Shown: one piece after another, positions 28,101-43,100 of the stretch | How the letters are laid out: the number at the start of each line of letters is the position of its first letter | How positions within the stretch are numbered: the stretch's first letter is position 1 | NCBI GenBank assembly: GCA_038087875.1 | Contig: CM075987.1 | Coordinates: forward strand, 20,896,001 to 20,960,000 | Direction: 5' to 3' | DNA length: 64,000 nt | Source of the DNA: Malacoraja senta | Lineage: Eukaryota | Program-made: the position numbers and the translations under genes | The notes under the pieces: generated by a model | The model's input: the letters and a program-made list of their open reading frames with translations, nothing else | The model's database searches: none | Told to the model about the DNA's origin: nothing

Positions 28101-31100
28101 TCCATAAAAACAACAGAACGTGGACCATCATCCTCGACCTCGAGGGATAGCCACGACGACGAGAATGATACCGGGAATGATTGGGTTAACGTACGATAAG
28201 CGTTTGACGGCTCTAGGCTTTGTGCCAAATAAATTGAAGAGAGAATAGCAGGAGGTGCCAATGCGGGATACCTTGCATTTAGTTGTTGCTTAATGTAATT
28301 GCTGGCAACACACACACACACACACAGGAATCACTGCTGACACTTAAATACCAAGCAGGTACTCAGCACCAAGGGACGTGACAGAGGCTGAATGTGATAC
28401 TGACACCAATGGACTTAAACATGATTAATGTGGAATATTACAGAATACTGAACAAGATTTAACAAGGAAACTGGGCCATTCTGTCACTTACTTTTGAAAG
28501 ATTCCAGATTTTCTGCTAAGTTTTCTTCATCTTTATATTTTTGATCTTCCAGAAATTCCTGGAATAGAGAATTTCTAAATGTAACATTTTTATAACACTA
28601 AATAGGACATCCTCACTGTAAATAAATCACCACGCTCAACAATTCCAGTGAGTGGGTCATTCTAAAACTGAAGAGGGGACACTGAATTCCAATTTCGCAG
28701 CCCACAATAGCTTTGCGGTAGAGCGACTCTGAGAGTTTGCGAGAGGGGTAAAGAGATCTGGGGATACTTTGAAGGCACTGTCTTGAGAAATGTTGAATGG
28801 TTTGAATGTACTTGTGATCTTGGGGAGGTCTGAATTGTGAGAGGCTGGAATTTAAATTTTTGCATAAATAGAAATACCAAATTCTGGGCATGATCCCAAT
28901 TGCAATAACAGTGGGTGGCACAGTAGCACAGTGGTAGAGTTGCTGCCTTACAGCGCCAGAGATCCGAGTTGAATCCTGACTATGGGTGCCGTCTGTACGG
29001 AGACAGTACGTTCTACCTGTGACCCATGGGTTTTCTCCCACACTCCAAAGACATGCATGTTTGTAGGCTAATTGGCTTTGGTAAAATTGTAAATAGACAA
29101 TAGACAATAGAGAATAGGTGCAGGAGTAGGCCATTCGGCCCTTTGACCCAGCACCGCCATTCAATGTGATCATGGCTGATCATCCCCAATCAGTACCCCG
29201 TTCCTGCCTTCTCCCCACATCCCCTGACTGCTATTTTTAAGAGGCCTATCTAGCTCTCTCCTGAAAGCATCCGGAGAACCTGCCTCCACCGCCCTCTGAG
29301 GCAGAGAATTCCACAGACTGACCACTCTCTGCGAGAAAAAGTGTTTCCTCGTATCCGTTCTAAATGGCTTACTCCTTATTCTTAAAATTGTCCCTGGTGT
29401 GTAGGATAGTGCTGGTAGTAATCACCGGTCAGTGTAGACTCAGTGGGCCGAAAGGGCCTGTTTCCGTGCTGTATCTCTAAACTAAACTAAACATGGACTT
29501 GTGCCAGGAGAAAGAGCACTGTGCTGATCAATCGTGATTGTACACAATGAAACAAATAATGACCTGTGGGCCACTGATCTCCAGGCAAACAACCTTCGTA
29601 AATAATGGAGACAATGAAGGCACGAGTTTACATTCTACACTAAATTGGCCATAACAGTACCCCCAGGTGATATCCTTCATTTAACCATCTGTTCTTTTTA
29701 TGTTGCAGCATAGAGGTTGCCAGGATCTGTATCTGTAAGTAAGCACCACACCAAGAAATGCAACCTTTACAATGCATGACTATGGGTGCTGTCTGTACGG
29801 AGACAGTATGTTCTCCATGGGTTTTCTCCGGGTGCTCCGGTAGTCTGAAGAAGGGTTTCGGACCGAAACGTTGCCTATTTCCTTCGCTCCATAGATGCTG
29901 CCTCACCCGCTGAGTTCCTCCAGCATTTTTGTCTACCTTTTACAATGCAAGTTGTTTTTAACATAGAAAGTGAGAGAAAATATTGGAAACACATAGTGTA
30001 AAACAATACCATTTACTTTCTGAAGTTGAATTTAACACTGCCAATAATTCAACTAAAGACACGCAGTGGGATTTGCATGCTTTTGGTTTATGCTCCACAC
30101 ACACCGTCCATCTTGCATCCCACTCTTTCAGCACACCCCTCTCTTTCTCCCTCCCTCCCTCCCTCCCGTGTCTTTGGGCGGGTACAAGGTTGGAGGGGGC
30201 AGGCTGGGAGGAGCATCCCCAGTGGCCCTTTATCATCAAAGATTATACATTTAAAATGGAGCTTGAAGGGCACATACATGTGTTTGCGCCCCAGTTTCCA
30301 GGACATGCATGCATGCCCTCCAAACAAATGGTAAGTTTCTCTACACACCCCTGCCTGTGGCTATCAAACTTCTCCTTACATCCACCAATACCCTTTGCCT
30401 CATCTATTTCACCAAATTCTGACTGCTCTCTGGGTAAAGTTGTTTTTTTCTTCTAATGACTGAATGACTTTTCCCTAATCCAACTTTATATTATTCACAC
30501 ATCAGTTACTTCAGTGACTGTGGATGATCTGCAGCTGTGGCTGACAAGTGGGAAGTGTGACCTCCAATGGAGTGTCGTCCCACGGAAACATTTGGTTCTG
30601 ACAAAGAATTAGCAAAGAACTTAGAAGTCATAATCCTTCTTCAGACATCATAAAGCAAGGCACAGACAGTCAAGAAGTTTTTTTTTTGGAATGTGGCCAG
30701 TGTTGCAAAAATAAGAAAATGTGTCAGTCATTTTGTACACCACTAGCTCCCATACACAGCAATAAGATAGTGACCAGTTAATGTTTTTTTTAAATTAATA
30801 ACTATAAAATACTCACCCAGAACAATAGGGGAAAAAACTACTCTTTTAGCATGGACTTCAGGGACAGAATCACCTCCTTTCACAATGAAATGATTTGATC
30901 ATCCATCTCACTAATTCACATTATTTGCAAATCCCTTTGTACCACGGGCATCAACCAAAAGAACAAGGGTGGACCGTTCAGCCCCTTCATTCTGTCCCGT
31001 CCCGTTAGGTCTATAAGTGGACCAAGAATGCATCTTATATTGGGTGTACAAGACCAGGGTGATCACCTCCTGAATGATGTGTCTTTCTGGGATAAGGCTG

Positions 31101-34100
31101 TGAATACCAGGTTCCCAGGCAGAATGAGAAATACGGTTTACATCAAAAAATGGATAAATATTTGAAGGAGAATAAAAACTGCAAGAATGTGGGGCATGAG
31201 CCTTGTAACAGGACTAACCAGATCACTCTATCAAAGAAATGGTGCAGCTTGAGGCTTGCAACATCAGGCCTCCTCATAAACCTTGGGCTGTTTAAGGAAG
31301 GGAGTGAGTGGTTAGTTTGGTACCTGGGAAAAGCAAGTTGAATGAGTCATTTTTTGTTTGAGTTTAAGAAGACAATCGACACAGGATAAACCGTTATGCA
31401 AGTACTTTTACAATCGGCAATAGGTGCAGGAGTAGGCCATTCGGCCCTTCGAGCCAGCACCGCCATTCATTGTGATCATGGCTGATCATCCACAATCAGT
31501 ACCCCGTTCCTTTTCCCCATATCCCCTGACTCCACTATCTTTAAGAGCTCGATCCAACTCTCTCTTGAAAGCATACAGAGAATTGGCCTCCACTGCCTTC
31601 TGAGGCAGAGAATTCCACAGATTTACAACCCTCTGTGTGAAAAGGTTTTTCCTCATCTCCGTTCTAAATTGCTTACCCCTTATTCGTTAACTGTGGCCCC
31701 TGGTTCTGGACTCCTCCAACATCGGGAACATGTTTCCTGCGTCTACCATGTCCAAACCCTTAATAATCTTATATGTTTCAATGAGATTCCCTCTCATCCT
31801 TCTAAATTTAAGAGTATAGAAGCCCAGCCGCTCCATTCTATCAACATATGACAGTCCCGCCATCCCGGGAATTGTGAGGATGAAGATCGTGTGGGTGAAG
31901 ATTGAGTCTTCATGGTTTCCCTCTTAAAGATAAACTTAAACAAAGTAAATTCTCAAAAAATTCGTCAGCTGTGGCTTAAAAAGAGCACCTTAAAGTAAAG
32001 GGGTGCTGAAGTAAATAGGATTCATGGATCCATATTGATTGATTGATTGATTGAAAGATGCAGCATGGAGATGTCACCTATCTTTTTTTCTCCAGGGATG
32101 CCGCCTGACCCTCTGTGTTACTCCAGCACTTCGTGTCTATCCATGGAAACACGCCCTTTGGCCCAACAAATCCACTCTGACCATCGATCACATGTCCTCT
32201 CTAGTTCTATGTTATCCCACTTTCATATCCACTCCCTACACATGGAGAGCAATTTACAGAGGCCAATTAACCTACAAACCTGCACATCTATGGAAGGTGG
32301 GAGGAAACCGGAGCACCCAGAGGCAACTCACCCGCTCACAGAGAGAAGTTGCAAGCTCCACACAGATGTACCCGGGGTCAGGATCAAATCCAGTCTCTGG
32401 CGCTATGAGCTCTACCATCTGTGCCACTGGAAGATCCAGCATGAATCTCCCCACCAGTAATTTTGCCAGCATTCTGCCAGTGCCACACTGGGAGAGTTGG
32501 CCTAGATTGTGTGCCTCTACCTGGAGCAGGGAGTTGAAACTTACTGCTCCTGACTGTCCTGAAAGATAACTCAGAATCTATGATGTGTGCTTTGCACTAT
32601 CTTCATCACAGGACTGTGCTCAGCCCTGTGACTAAATCCAGGGCTGAGTACAGGCAGACTGGCCGCCTGTCTTAGGTTGAAGGCTCTGAGAAGAGAGAGC
32701 CTGCCATCTGCTGATTAGGACCTAGCTCTGGTCTTAAACTGACCTGCGCTGCATTACATTTCAGAATATTCCAGCTTGAAACCCAACGCTCAGTGAAACC
32801 GACCCAGGGTTTCCATGATGTTCATATAACACAGTTCCTAAAGTAACCAAATTAAACAGCCTTGTTGCTGTGGGAATGAATCCACTTGTCCTGATGATTT
32901 GGCTGCAATTTTAACATCCATCCCAGATTTGGTAACACTCTAAAGACTATTAAGCAAGACTTTTTTATTTATCATTTTGATCCTCAGGATAACAAAGATA
33001 TTGCAATAAGGTGTAATAGGTGCTATAATTTATTAAACCAATGTCGCAGTGATAGATCTACTTTCCGGAAATTGTATTCTTGGCGGCTAACATTTGTCAC
33101 AGCCGACACCCAAGAAAATATTAAGATCCAGAGTATTTAAGAGTAACAAAAAGCAACAAGGAATACCCAGGGCAAATGTAGGTGAAAACTGTTCATAATT
33201 ATTACTACCAATAATTATATCGGCATAAGTAAACAATTCAGTGTTATTTTGTAACAATACTGGTAACTCCAGCCCTTTTTTATTTGTTGAAGGGATATGG
33301 GGTTAACAGACTGAGCCAGCACTCAATTCCACTTCCCTAGTTGTCCTTGAGGAGGTGGTGGTGAGCTGCCCACTTGAACCTCATCAGTCCTTGAGGTGTG
33401 GGTACAGCCACAATGCTGTTAGGGAGAGAGTACCAGGCTTTTGATCCATCTATGTGGAGGGAATAGCCATATATTTCCAAGTCAAGGTGGTGTGCGGTTT
33501 GGGGGGGCATCTTCCAGGTTGTGGTGTCCCATTGGTTTTACTGCTCTTGCCCTTCTAAATGGTAGAGGTGGTGGGTTTGGAAGATGCTAAGGAGTCTTGG
33601 CGAATTGCTGCAGTACATCCTTCTTCTTGCGTACGGCGTGCACAGCCTAAAGTTGTAGGACAACTTGTTCTATTTGATCTTATTTGATTGTGCACGCCGG
33701 GTTGATTGCATTCGTCGCAACAGGGCAGACCACCTGAAGGTTGCAATCTCCCACCCCGCAGTACATCCTGTAGAAGGTACACACCGCAGCTACTGTGAAT
33801 GAATAATGGCCAAACGCAAATTGGATGAACAGCACCTCATGTTTCGCTTGAGCAGCTTACAACCCAGCTGTATTAAAATTCATTTCTCTAACTTCAAGTA
33901 ATGCTTGCATCCCCTCTCTCCATCCCTCCCCCACCCTAGTCGTGGTAGTAGTTTCACTGTCATCCTGTCAAGTTTCATTGTCTGTATAACTCATTATTAC
34001 CTAGCACGCAGCCAACAATGATGGGCTCCGCCTTGCCTTGATCATTGTTACTTTTTGCATATCTTTCATTCATTTGTTCTATATCTCTCTATATCACCCT

Positions 34101-37100
34101 CTATATCTCTTATTTCCCTTTCCCTTGACTCTCCGTCTGAAGATGGGTCTCGACCTGAAACATTACCTATTCCTTTTCTCTAGAGATACGGCCTGACCCG
34201 CTGAGTTACTCCAGCATTTTGTGTCTATCTTAGGTTTAAACCCGCATCTGTGGTTCCTTACTACACATTGGGCCTTTCATGTGGGCTACTATGTCCGGGA
34301 TGGTGCGGAGCTTCTTGAGTGTTGTTGAAGCTGCAGTCATCCAGGAACGTGGAGAATATTCCATCAGACTTCTAACGTGAGCATTGTAGAGGCAGGTAAA
34401 CAGGCATTTGAGGAGTGAGGAAGCAACGATGGGCCGAATGGCCTAATTCTACTCCTATAGCTTGTGAACTCAAGGGACAAATTGTTTCACTGCTCCTACT
34501 GCGCTCCACTGTCAGAGGTGCAATGTCAAATGAGGCATTAAACCATAGAAGGACATATAAGATCATTCTTACAGAGATGAGTTGGGAAGTTCTCTGCAGT
34601 GTTCTGTTATTATTTATTCCTTAACTACAGCAGATTATCTGTATATTGTCACATTACGAGGTGCAGATGGCACTAAAGTAATAGAGAACGAGACAGAGCT
34701 ACAAGGACCCAGGTTTGCTCATGACCTCAGTGCTATCTGTGTGGACTTTACACGTTTGCCTCATAAATGCCTGCATTTCCTCTCAGCGCACCTGTTTCCT
34801 CCCACATCACAAAGAATTGGCGGTGGGGTAATTCTTTTCCTCTCACATCCTGAATAGATAAATGGCAAAAAGGGTAACTTATTGGGAAAGAGAAAAAATT
34901 GCAGGCTTTCAGGGGAATAAAGCAGGTGGAAAATTGGTGCATTGGGATTGGTCTTCTTGGATCCGGCATGGATTAATGGGCTGAATGGCCTGCTCCTGCG
35001 CTGTAATAAGCATAAAATACATGGCATGGTCAGGAATGGTCTCCTGAAAAGGTAGTGGATGGAGATTCAACAGGTTCTTTCATGACTGAACTGGAAGAGT
35101 ATTTTGAAGTGAGAGGTCTGTTGTGTGGGAAGAGGGAACAGGACAAACTAGAGTTCAAATAACCTCCTGCTCACCACATCGTTTCAGGATCCTGCGAAGT
35201 TTTAAACATATTCCTCTGTTACTCGGTGCATCCCATGTGAATCAGTCCAGCATGATGAATAGTTGTTTGCGAGTGACACACCGTGTCTTTAAAGCACCAA
35301 GGAACTTGATCAATTTATAATCCTTCTCTAGAGATTAAAAATCCTTTAATACAGCTCACATATTAAACCTTATCTAAGGGACAAGATGGTTCTCGACAGG
35401 AGGATTGCTCATACTCCAGGACTGCCCTGGAACCGGCAGGGATTAAAGATTCATCTCCAGAAAACTCATGATATTATGTAGATTAATAATCAATCATCAC
35501 AGTGAACATAAGTCATGAAAATGTTACTGCTGCGAAGGAAGTCTGGGCAATTTTATTTTCTCTTGATTGCATTATAAACGTAATGGAGACGGAAGAAAAA
35601 GGTGTTTTGGCTTATAGTCAGAAATCATTCCAACCAGATAATTAAGTTACCTTTGAGGTTTCCATGAGGTGGGAGGAGCACCCAGAGGGGGACTCATGCA
35701 GGAGTTACTCAGTGTCGCAAGCCATGAGCTGAAATCTTCAGGAATATACTCATGAACAACAGTAAATCCGTCAAAAACAACGGAGTGCATTGTTGACAGT
35801 TTAAATATTGCAACATTGGAGCAGGTTATTCAGCCCTTCATGGTGTATGTCAGCATTTGGAAAGACTTTCACCAAACCCCTGTTCATATTCTTTCTCTAT
35901 TTTTAAAGTCATGTTTAATAATCATCAGTTTTTATGCAAACTCTTCATTTTTTACTGTAATCTGAAATTGTTGGGTGAACCAAGAAGCGTGAAATACTTT
36001 ATAAACACTAGTTAATGCCTCCGCTCCACCACATGCACAAACGTAGTTACACTCAGACACAAACTCACCCACGAGAAAACATTCAAAGAGACGCCCAATG
36101 TACATGGAGGCCCAAGCCCAGAATTCCACAAACACTCATGCAGACAAATAAATACAATCACACACACCTCCAGCACAGAACTGTGTGTGCAAGATATGAA
36201 TCATATCAATGGTCACCTCACCTATACCTGTCGATTAAAGTGTGCCACTTCTCTCTTCAAGTGAACATTTTACCAGATAATTTTTCTTGAAGATAACAAT
36301 TCATTAATCTGCATCGTTTCAAAGCCATTTTCTGCTCAGTTTTACATTTCGGATTATCACAGAATTGTCAGTACAGTACAGAAGCCAATCTTGCCCGTCA
36401 TTGCTTTTGTACTGATTCCATTTCAGTTATCAAATCTAATCACATAGATCAATAACAGTGAATCTCCCTGACACAATGTTCCATTGATGGGATGTTTGTT
36501 ATTGGAGCATTGAGTAGACCACAAGGATTCTACAACAACGCTATCCTGTTATATACTGCCTTTAACAATGTTATATTTCCCAAGGTGCTCAAACAACATT
36601 TAACACATCAAGAAAGATGAAAGAAATGTTTTAGGAGGAGATTCCCCGAGTTTAACACACAAGCAGCTGAAAGGTTGACCAAACAAGGTGGAACAATGTG
36701 TGTGTGAAGCGAGAACTGGAGGACAGTCTCTGGAGGCCTTGGGCTTGGAGATGATTATAGAAAAAGGCAGGACATGGTCAAGGGGGGCTTTCAATACGAG
36801 GATGAAAACTTTTAAATCAAAACATTGCCAAGCATGGAATCCGTGTATAAGAAGGAATTGCAGATGCTGGTTTACACCAAAGATCGACACAAAAAGCTGG
36901 AGTAACTCAGCGGGTCAGGCAGCATCTCTGGAGAAAAGGAATAGGTGACTTTTCAGGTCGAGACCCTTCAACAGAATGAGTATAATTCAACAAACACAGG
37001 ATTACTAAAACAGGACTTGGTGCAAACTCAGATTTGGGTTAAATAAATTGGAAGTTCACGTTTATGCAGACACAACAAGGTTTGTGTCAGACAAAGAATA

Positions 37101-40100
37101 CTGCTCAGCAGCCACAAATATCTGTAATTCCACTGAATAAGTGTGGGCTGTGGAAGAATGGGAAAGCTGAATTACTGGCTTTGGAATTATTCCGAAAAAT
37201 GCCAGTCTATTATTAATGGACAGATACGTACCACAGTAATTGCAACCCATGTCCCTCCTCCCCACAACCATAACTGTGGAATCACTTCTGCTTTCATGAT
37301 TGATGCTGGCTTAAAACACTCATGACTGGCTGACTTTATACTGTAGCGGGAACTCCCTCAGAATCACGACTCCCAGCACAAAGACACTTCTGATTCACCT
37401 CTGCACAGCTGGTGCCAAGCACCTGCCACAGTTCTGGTGCTTGGACTGATGTCCTCAGAATAGCACACTTGGGCCAACTCGTGAATGCCAATGTAAGCTG
37501 CCTTCCAAGCTGGGGAGCGTACAAAGGTGGTAGCAGATTAGTATAATTGTCTATCCACTGCCTGGACACGAGCCAACTTCATGTTTACCTCCTGCAGTCT
37601 GGCCATCAGCCACAGTGATGAGCGAGCGAGCGAGCGTGTGGTTGGGGGAGAATGTAGATTTTGTTTTGTCCCGCATAAATCTAACTAGCACTGATCCAAG
37701 ACCCATCTGTCAGTGCACATCCCAGTCCTGTCGTTAATTAGAACAACAGGAAGCCATAACCATAACTTAAACCATTGTGGAAAGTGGGTCGTTACTAATT
37801 ACACAGACTTGGCAGTTTACCAGTGCTAAGTGTCAGCATTTTCTTTCACTATTTTAAGCTCCTGCTCTGTATTTTGGGGCATTTCCACATAGAAAAGAGA
37901 ACTCTTAGCTCAGTGGCAGCTTTCCCACCTCAGAGCCAGAGGATTTGAACCCTGTTCCAAACTGTCTTGACGAGCTCCAGCTCAGATGGTGAGATTGATA
38001 TCCAGTGGAGTGCAAGAATCCATTTGGACACCCTACTCATCGTATGTGTGGTCGGAGCCCTTAAAACCTTCCTTGACCACGAAGGACCAATTTGTCAGCT
38101 GCTATAAATGCAACTGCAGCCAAATAGCCATCTTGATCTGTCTGAGAGATTTCAGAACTAAGAGATTATAGATATCAGAGAATTTCTTTTAAAACAGCCT
38201 CAGGAGAGTAATGGGCAACCCTAGAGGTCTTCAACATATTGATTGAAATGTGGGGCATGGGACCAGGCCTTTCATTCACATCGACCCTTGATCACCCATT
38301 CGCACTAGTTCTGTTGTCCGATTTTTGGCAGCAACTCCCCACACACTCGGGGCAATTTTTGAGAGGGCAATTAACCAACTTATCCGCATGCATTTGGGAT
38401 GTGGGAGGAAACCCACGCGGTAACAGGGAGAACGGATAAACTCCACACAGGCAGCACCGGTTCTATCGTAAGTTCTTAATGGGTCAGGTGTTGGAGATTT
38501 TTCCATTTTGTACACGAAACCAAAATTAGGGTTCATTAATACAAGATGATCAATAACAATTCCAAAAGGGAATCGGGATTAAACTCTTTGCCCAGAGATT
38601 GTTGAGAATGTGGAATGCTGAAGGAACAATTGAGGCAAAGGTACATTTAGAGGGAATGAGATGAATGGGAGAGAGAAAGGAATGGAAGAATAACAATGAC
38701 AAGAGGTGAAATGAAAAAGCAGGGAGTGAGTTCATGCTGAAGATTAAAGTTGTGATGATACCTGGGGTTGAACGGCTGGGGTCTGTGCTGCAAACATTTT
38801 GAAGTGCTGTTAATCAGCTTGAGGTGCAGCACTTTTCAAGGGAACAAAATGTATGGGGAGAAATACAGTTAGACCATTCATTCACTCACGCAAGGATGAA
38901 TAAGTGGACGTGAATTTCTTTACTTTTAAAAAGAAACAGAAATATGGTTTGGAAGGGGTGTGCTACATTGGCTGACAAGAGATCTGGAACAATGAACAAG
39001 GCTGCAAAGCCTGTTGATGGAGTGGCAATGATGCTGCAAAACAGTCATCTGAAAGGAGAAAGCCAGTCCTTCACACCAGGTGGCTCTGAGCTGCAGGACG
39101 AAACTCATGGATAATCGACAACATTTACTGCTGTTCACCAAGCAATTAAACTCTGGTTGACACACGCCAACGCTATATGCATGCTAAATGATCGTGCGAC
39201 CTTAAGAATTTTGTAGCCACTATCCAAGGAGGTTATTTTGCAATTTGCATGCTATCGGTCCGTTCTGTGAAAAGGTTTATATTAGAAATTCAGCTAAAGC
39301 CATTTTATGAAAGGGGGCCCTCTTTTTGAGGGACATGGTTTTCTCCTCACTATATCTGATAATGACACGATAATCACAGATTGTTTGTATTGTACACCTG
39401 CTTGGAGTGTGTGTGAATGACATGTTTATCTTGCCCAATATGTCCATTCCCATCATTAATCGGGGTCAGTCCTTCCTAATCTAAAATATAGGTCTAATTC
39501 GGCCACCTTCCAAGTTGTTTCACAAACAGATTCCTTGCAAATGATCTATGAAAAGAATGAGGAAGAAACTTACTTGGATCCCATGAAGGATTAGAGAAAT
39601 TGGAAAAGTTAGGACTGTTCCCCTCAGAACAAACAAGGCTAGCTGGAGATTTAATGACAAATTCCAAGATATGGTCGGATTTGAGAGGTGAGCAAGAGTG
39701 AAAATAATTTAGATTTCTTACTGCTATGATTGTATTACTACCATTGTTTTCTTACCCATTGGTACTAACCACTTGTCAGATACTTCCATACAGGTCTGCC
39801 CATACTACCTTACTTTTACCACTGCACAAAAGGAGAATATCCATTCCCTTTGGTGAAAGTCAATGATTCCCAGGATGGAAATACCAAATACTAGAGGGCA
39901 TAGCTTTAAGGTGAGAGGGGCAAAGTTTAAAGGAGATGTGCAGGGGCAAGTGTATTTTTTAATGCAGAGGGTGATGAGTGCTAGGAATGCGCTGCCAGGA
40001 GTGGTGGTGGAGGCAGATACAATAGTGGCATCTGAGAGACTTTTCAATAGGCACATGGATGTATGGGGAATGGAGGAATATCAGTCATGTGCAGGCAGAT

Positions 40101-43100
40101 ACAAGTTGGTCTTGGCATCAAGTTCAGCACAGACATTGTCGGGTTCCAGCGCTGTACTGTTCAATGTTAAAGGTTAAGGCAAAATCTCCAGGGAAGAATG
40201 AGTAAAACATTTTTCACCGCAGATGTTTGCCAGGATGTGCAAGTTTCCACCTGAATAGGTGTCGGAAAATGATTCTATAAATTATTTCAACTGTAGTTGG
40301 ATAGCTACCCGAGGATGAGGAGATTGCAAATTTACAGATGAGAATTAAGGCTATGGGGTTAAAACCGGCAGTTCTTTCAAAGAAACATGACAGGCTAAAT
40401 GGTCTTCTGCTGTTAATTCTGGACCAGTCCTAATTGTGCAAGTATTTGATAGTTTTGTAAATGAATGCATTAACTAATTGTCATCGACTCTATTTGGTTT
40501 TGTGAAATGATTTGAACAAAGGAGGTCTTTACGAGAGCCTTACAGCATGGTACGTTTAGGATTCTGATATTGTTTCTGATCTCTGGGCTTGTTCCAGCAT
40601 ATTTGCATTGCAAAGTGCCTGTCCACACCAGCACAGACTTAACCCAGCTGGTACAGTAATCTTCTTGGCCAGCTTGACTAATGTGTTCAATGAAACGCTA
40701 ATTGGGGAATCACATGCAAGGAATAAAGAATAATGAACAGCATTTTTCAGCCAACCTCCAGCATTTATTATCCACTACCGATAGTTCCTGAACTGAAGGG
40801 GGAATTAATGGTGACCAACATGAATGGGTCCAAAATCAGTAATGGCCCAGACCAGGTAAGGACAGCAGATTACCGAAGCAGAAGAGTTTTAAACAATAAT
40901 CCAGTAGTTTCATGGGAACCATCACCAAGAGTGTTTTTTTCAAAAATTACACATTTGCATAATTAATGAGTTTAAATTTCCTAGCCAACTTGGTGGGATT
41001 CAAACTCCTGTCTCTCTGTCAATGGTCCACGATTCTGGCTGCTAGTCCAGTGGCCATTGATTTAATGTAGGAAGTGCCATTTGCAGGAAGCTCCAATACC
41101 ACAGTTGCCAAATGACCTGATTTTAGAAATGTTGATTTTGGGATAAATATAGACCTGGGTGCCAGGGAGAGCAGCCCTAAACATCAATCAAGGAGAATTG
41201 TCCTGCTCTTAGATCATGTCATGTGATCGGAGTAGAATTAGGCCATTCGGCCCATCAAGTCTATTCCACCATCCAATCATGGCTGATCTATCGTACCCTC
41301 CTAACTCCATTCTCCTGCCTTCTCCCCATAACATCTGACACCTGTACTAATCAAGAATCCATCTATCTCTGCCTTAAATATATCCACTGACTTTGTCCCC
41401 ACAGCCTTTGGCGGCAAAGAATTCCACTGATTCACCACTGACTAAAGAAATTCCTCTCATCTCTACAAAATAGAACCAAAGGTCCTTTTACATTTACAAG
41501 GTAGTTCAGACTGAGCCGAACATGTGGCATCTCTTACCTTGCTCCATTCTCTCTGTATTCACATTGGCGTCAACCTCAAACTCTGTGTTGAAGTGTCTGA
41601 GGTGGGATGTGATCAAAGAACCTTCTGATTCAGGGGCAAAAATGGTACCAACTATGAGTTATAATTGAAAGAGTACAGACAGCCACAGCTGAAATTGCGC
41701 ACAGTACCAGATTCTTTGGAATTCACTTTCCAAGAGAACTGTAGGGGCTCAGCTACTGAGTAAATACACGAACAAGCCAAACCCCCACACGTTCAAAAAT
41801 GCAACTCATGACTAATTGACTTAGTCCGTAATTTGAGCTACCTATTAGCTCTCCTGCAGTAATGCTCGCAATATCAGCTGCTGCGCAGTTGGGTTACAAT
41901 GAGACGTGTGTAGGGTAATATTGCGTTAGAACGCTGGGTAATCTGATTTGATCCTTTAAGTCTATAAAGTCTAATTGCTGTAAGAAAAGCTGGAATCAAT
42001 GGGAGTGCTTATTATGACTAAAGTATATTGGTAAAAGGGTACAAAATAGGCCATTCAGCCCTCAAGACTCTTCTGTCATTCGTCAATTTCTGCTGTCTAA
42101 TTTGTAACCCCGTTAATCTGCATTATGATCCATATCATTTAAATCCCTTTCCAAACACAGAGCCAGTAATTTTACTCCTCCTCCCTAAATATCCTGTAGC
42201 ACGATTTGAAGAACAGCATGGGATCCTAGCTAATGTTTATCCTCCAAACTATAATCATTAAACCCTTATCAGAGCATTCTCGAATTGCTGCTGATGCGAT
42301 ATGCATGCACAATTTGGCTCTCACTTTGTATATTGCAAAACAAGACATTGCCTATAAAGCACTTTGGAACATCCGAAGGTCATGACATGATCTGTAAAAT
42401 TCCAAGAATTTAATTATTTTCATTCTTCCCTACCGCTGATATATTACATGACCATGAAGGTTCGGCAATAGGACATCAGGCATTCTGCAATGTGGTCAGA
42501 GTCAAACACCTAACCAAACAAAATTCTTTGCAAGGGCGGGTGAATCATTACCTTTCCCGTACCCCTAACATCACCCCCTCCACAACGGCCACTTTTTGTA
42601 CCCATGTCTACAACAGCTAATCCTTTCTCTATTGATGCGACTCCAGACAGACAAAACAAGCAGGAATGGGATCTAAGTTCACTGGTGAGGAGACAGCGAT
42701 TTGTAAACTTTTGGCAATAAACTCAGGTAATGTTCACTGTGAGGATCCATGCCAGCGTCCTGTTGACCAAGAGCGGTCAGGAGGTCAGGAAGGAGATGCA
42801 GTTGTCTTTGTTCGGGTTCATCCTGAACCGTGCACGACCTCCCTCTCAATTCATCCATCTCCCCTGTATCTGTTCCCAAGATGAGCCTTTCCATTCTAGG
42901 ACATCCGTGATAACCTATTTTCTTTTTTCCCTTTCTGTCATACCCCACCCAGTCTCCTGTGTCCTGTATTTCTGCTTTGCTCCCCCACCCCCCCCCCCAG
43001 ATGGAACAAGGATAGCATTCCCTTGGTCTTCACCTTTCAACCCACCAGCTTCCATATCCAACACATCGGACATTTCCCTCACCTCTAATGGGATCCCACT

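Larger units (their letters stand above)
25725..28222 (+). mobile_element. Degenerate CR1 LINE ORF2 with nested Penelope and RTE inserts
   Basis: [34 protein letters not shown]. Confidence 0.85.

Noticed and set aside
41800..41980. TAAT-rich possible enhancer in AIF1L intron 2
   Set aside because: Motif density alone is not evidence without conservation or chromatin data.
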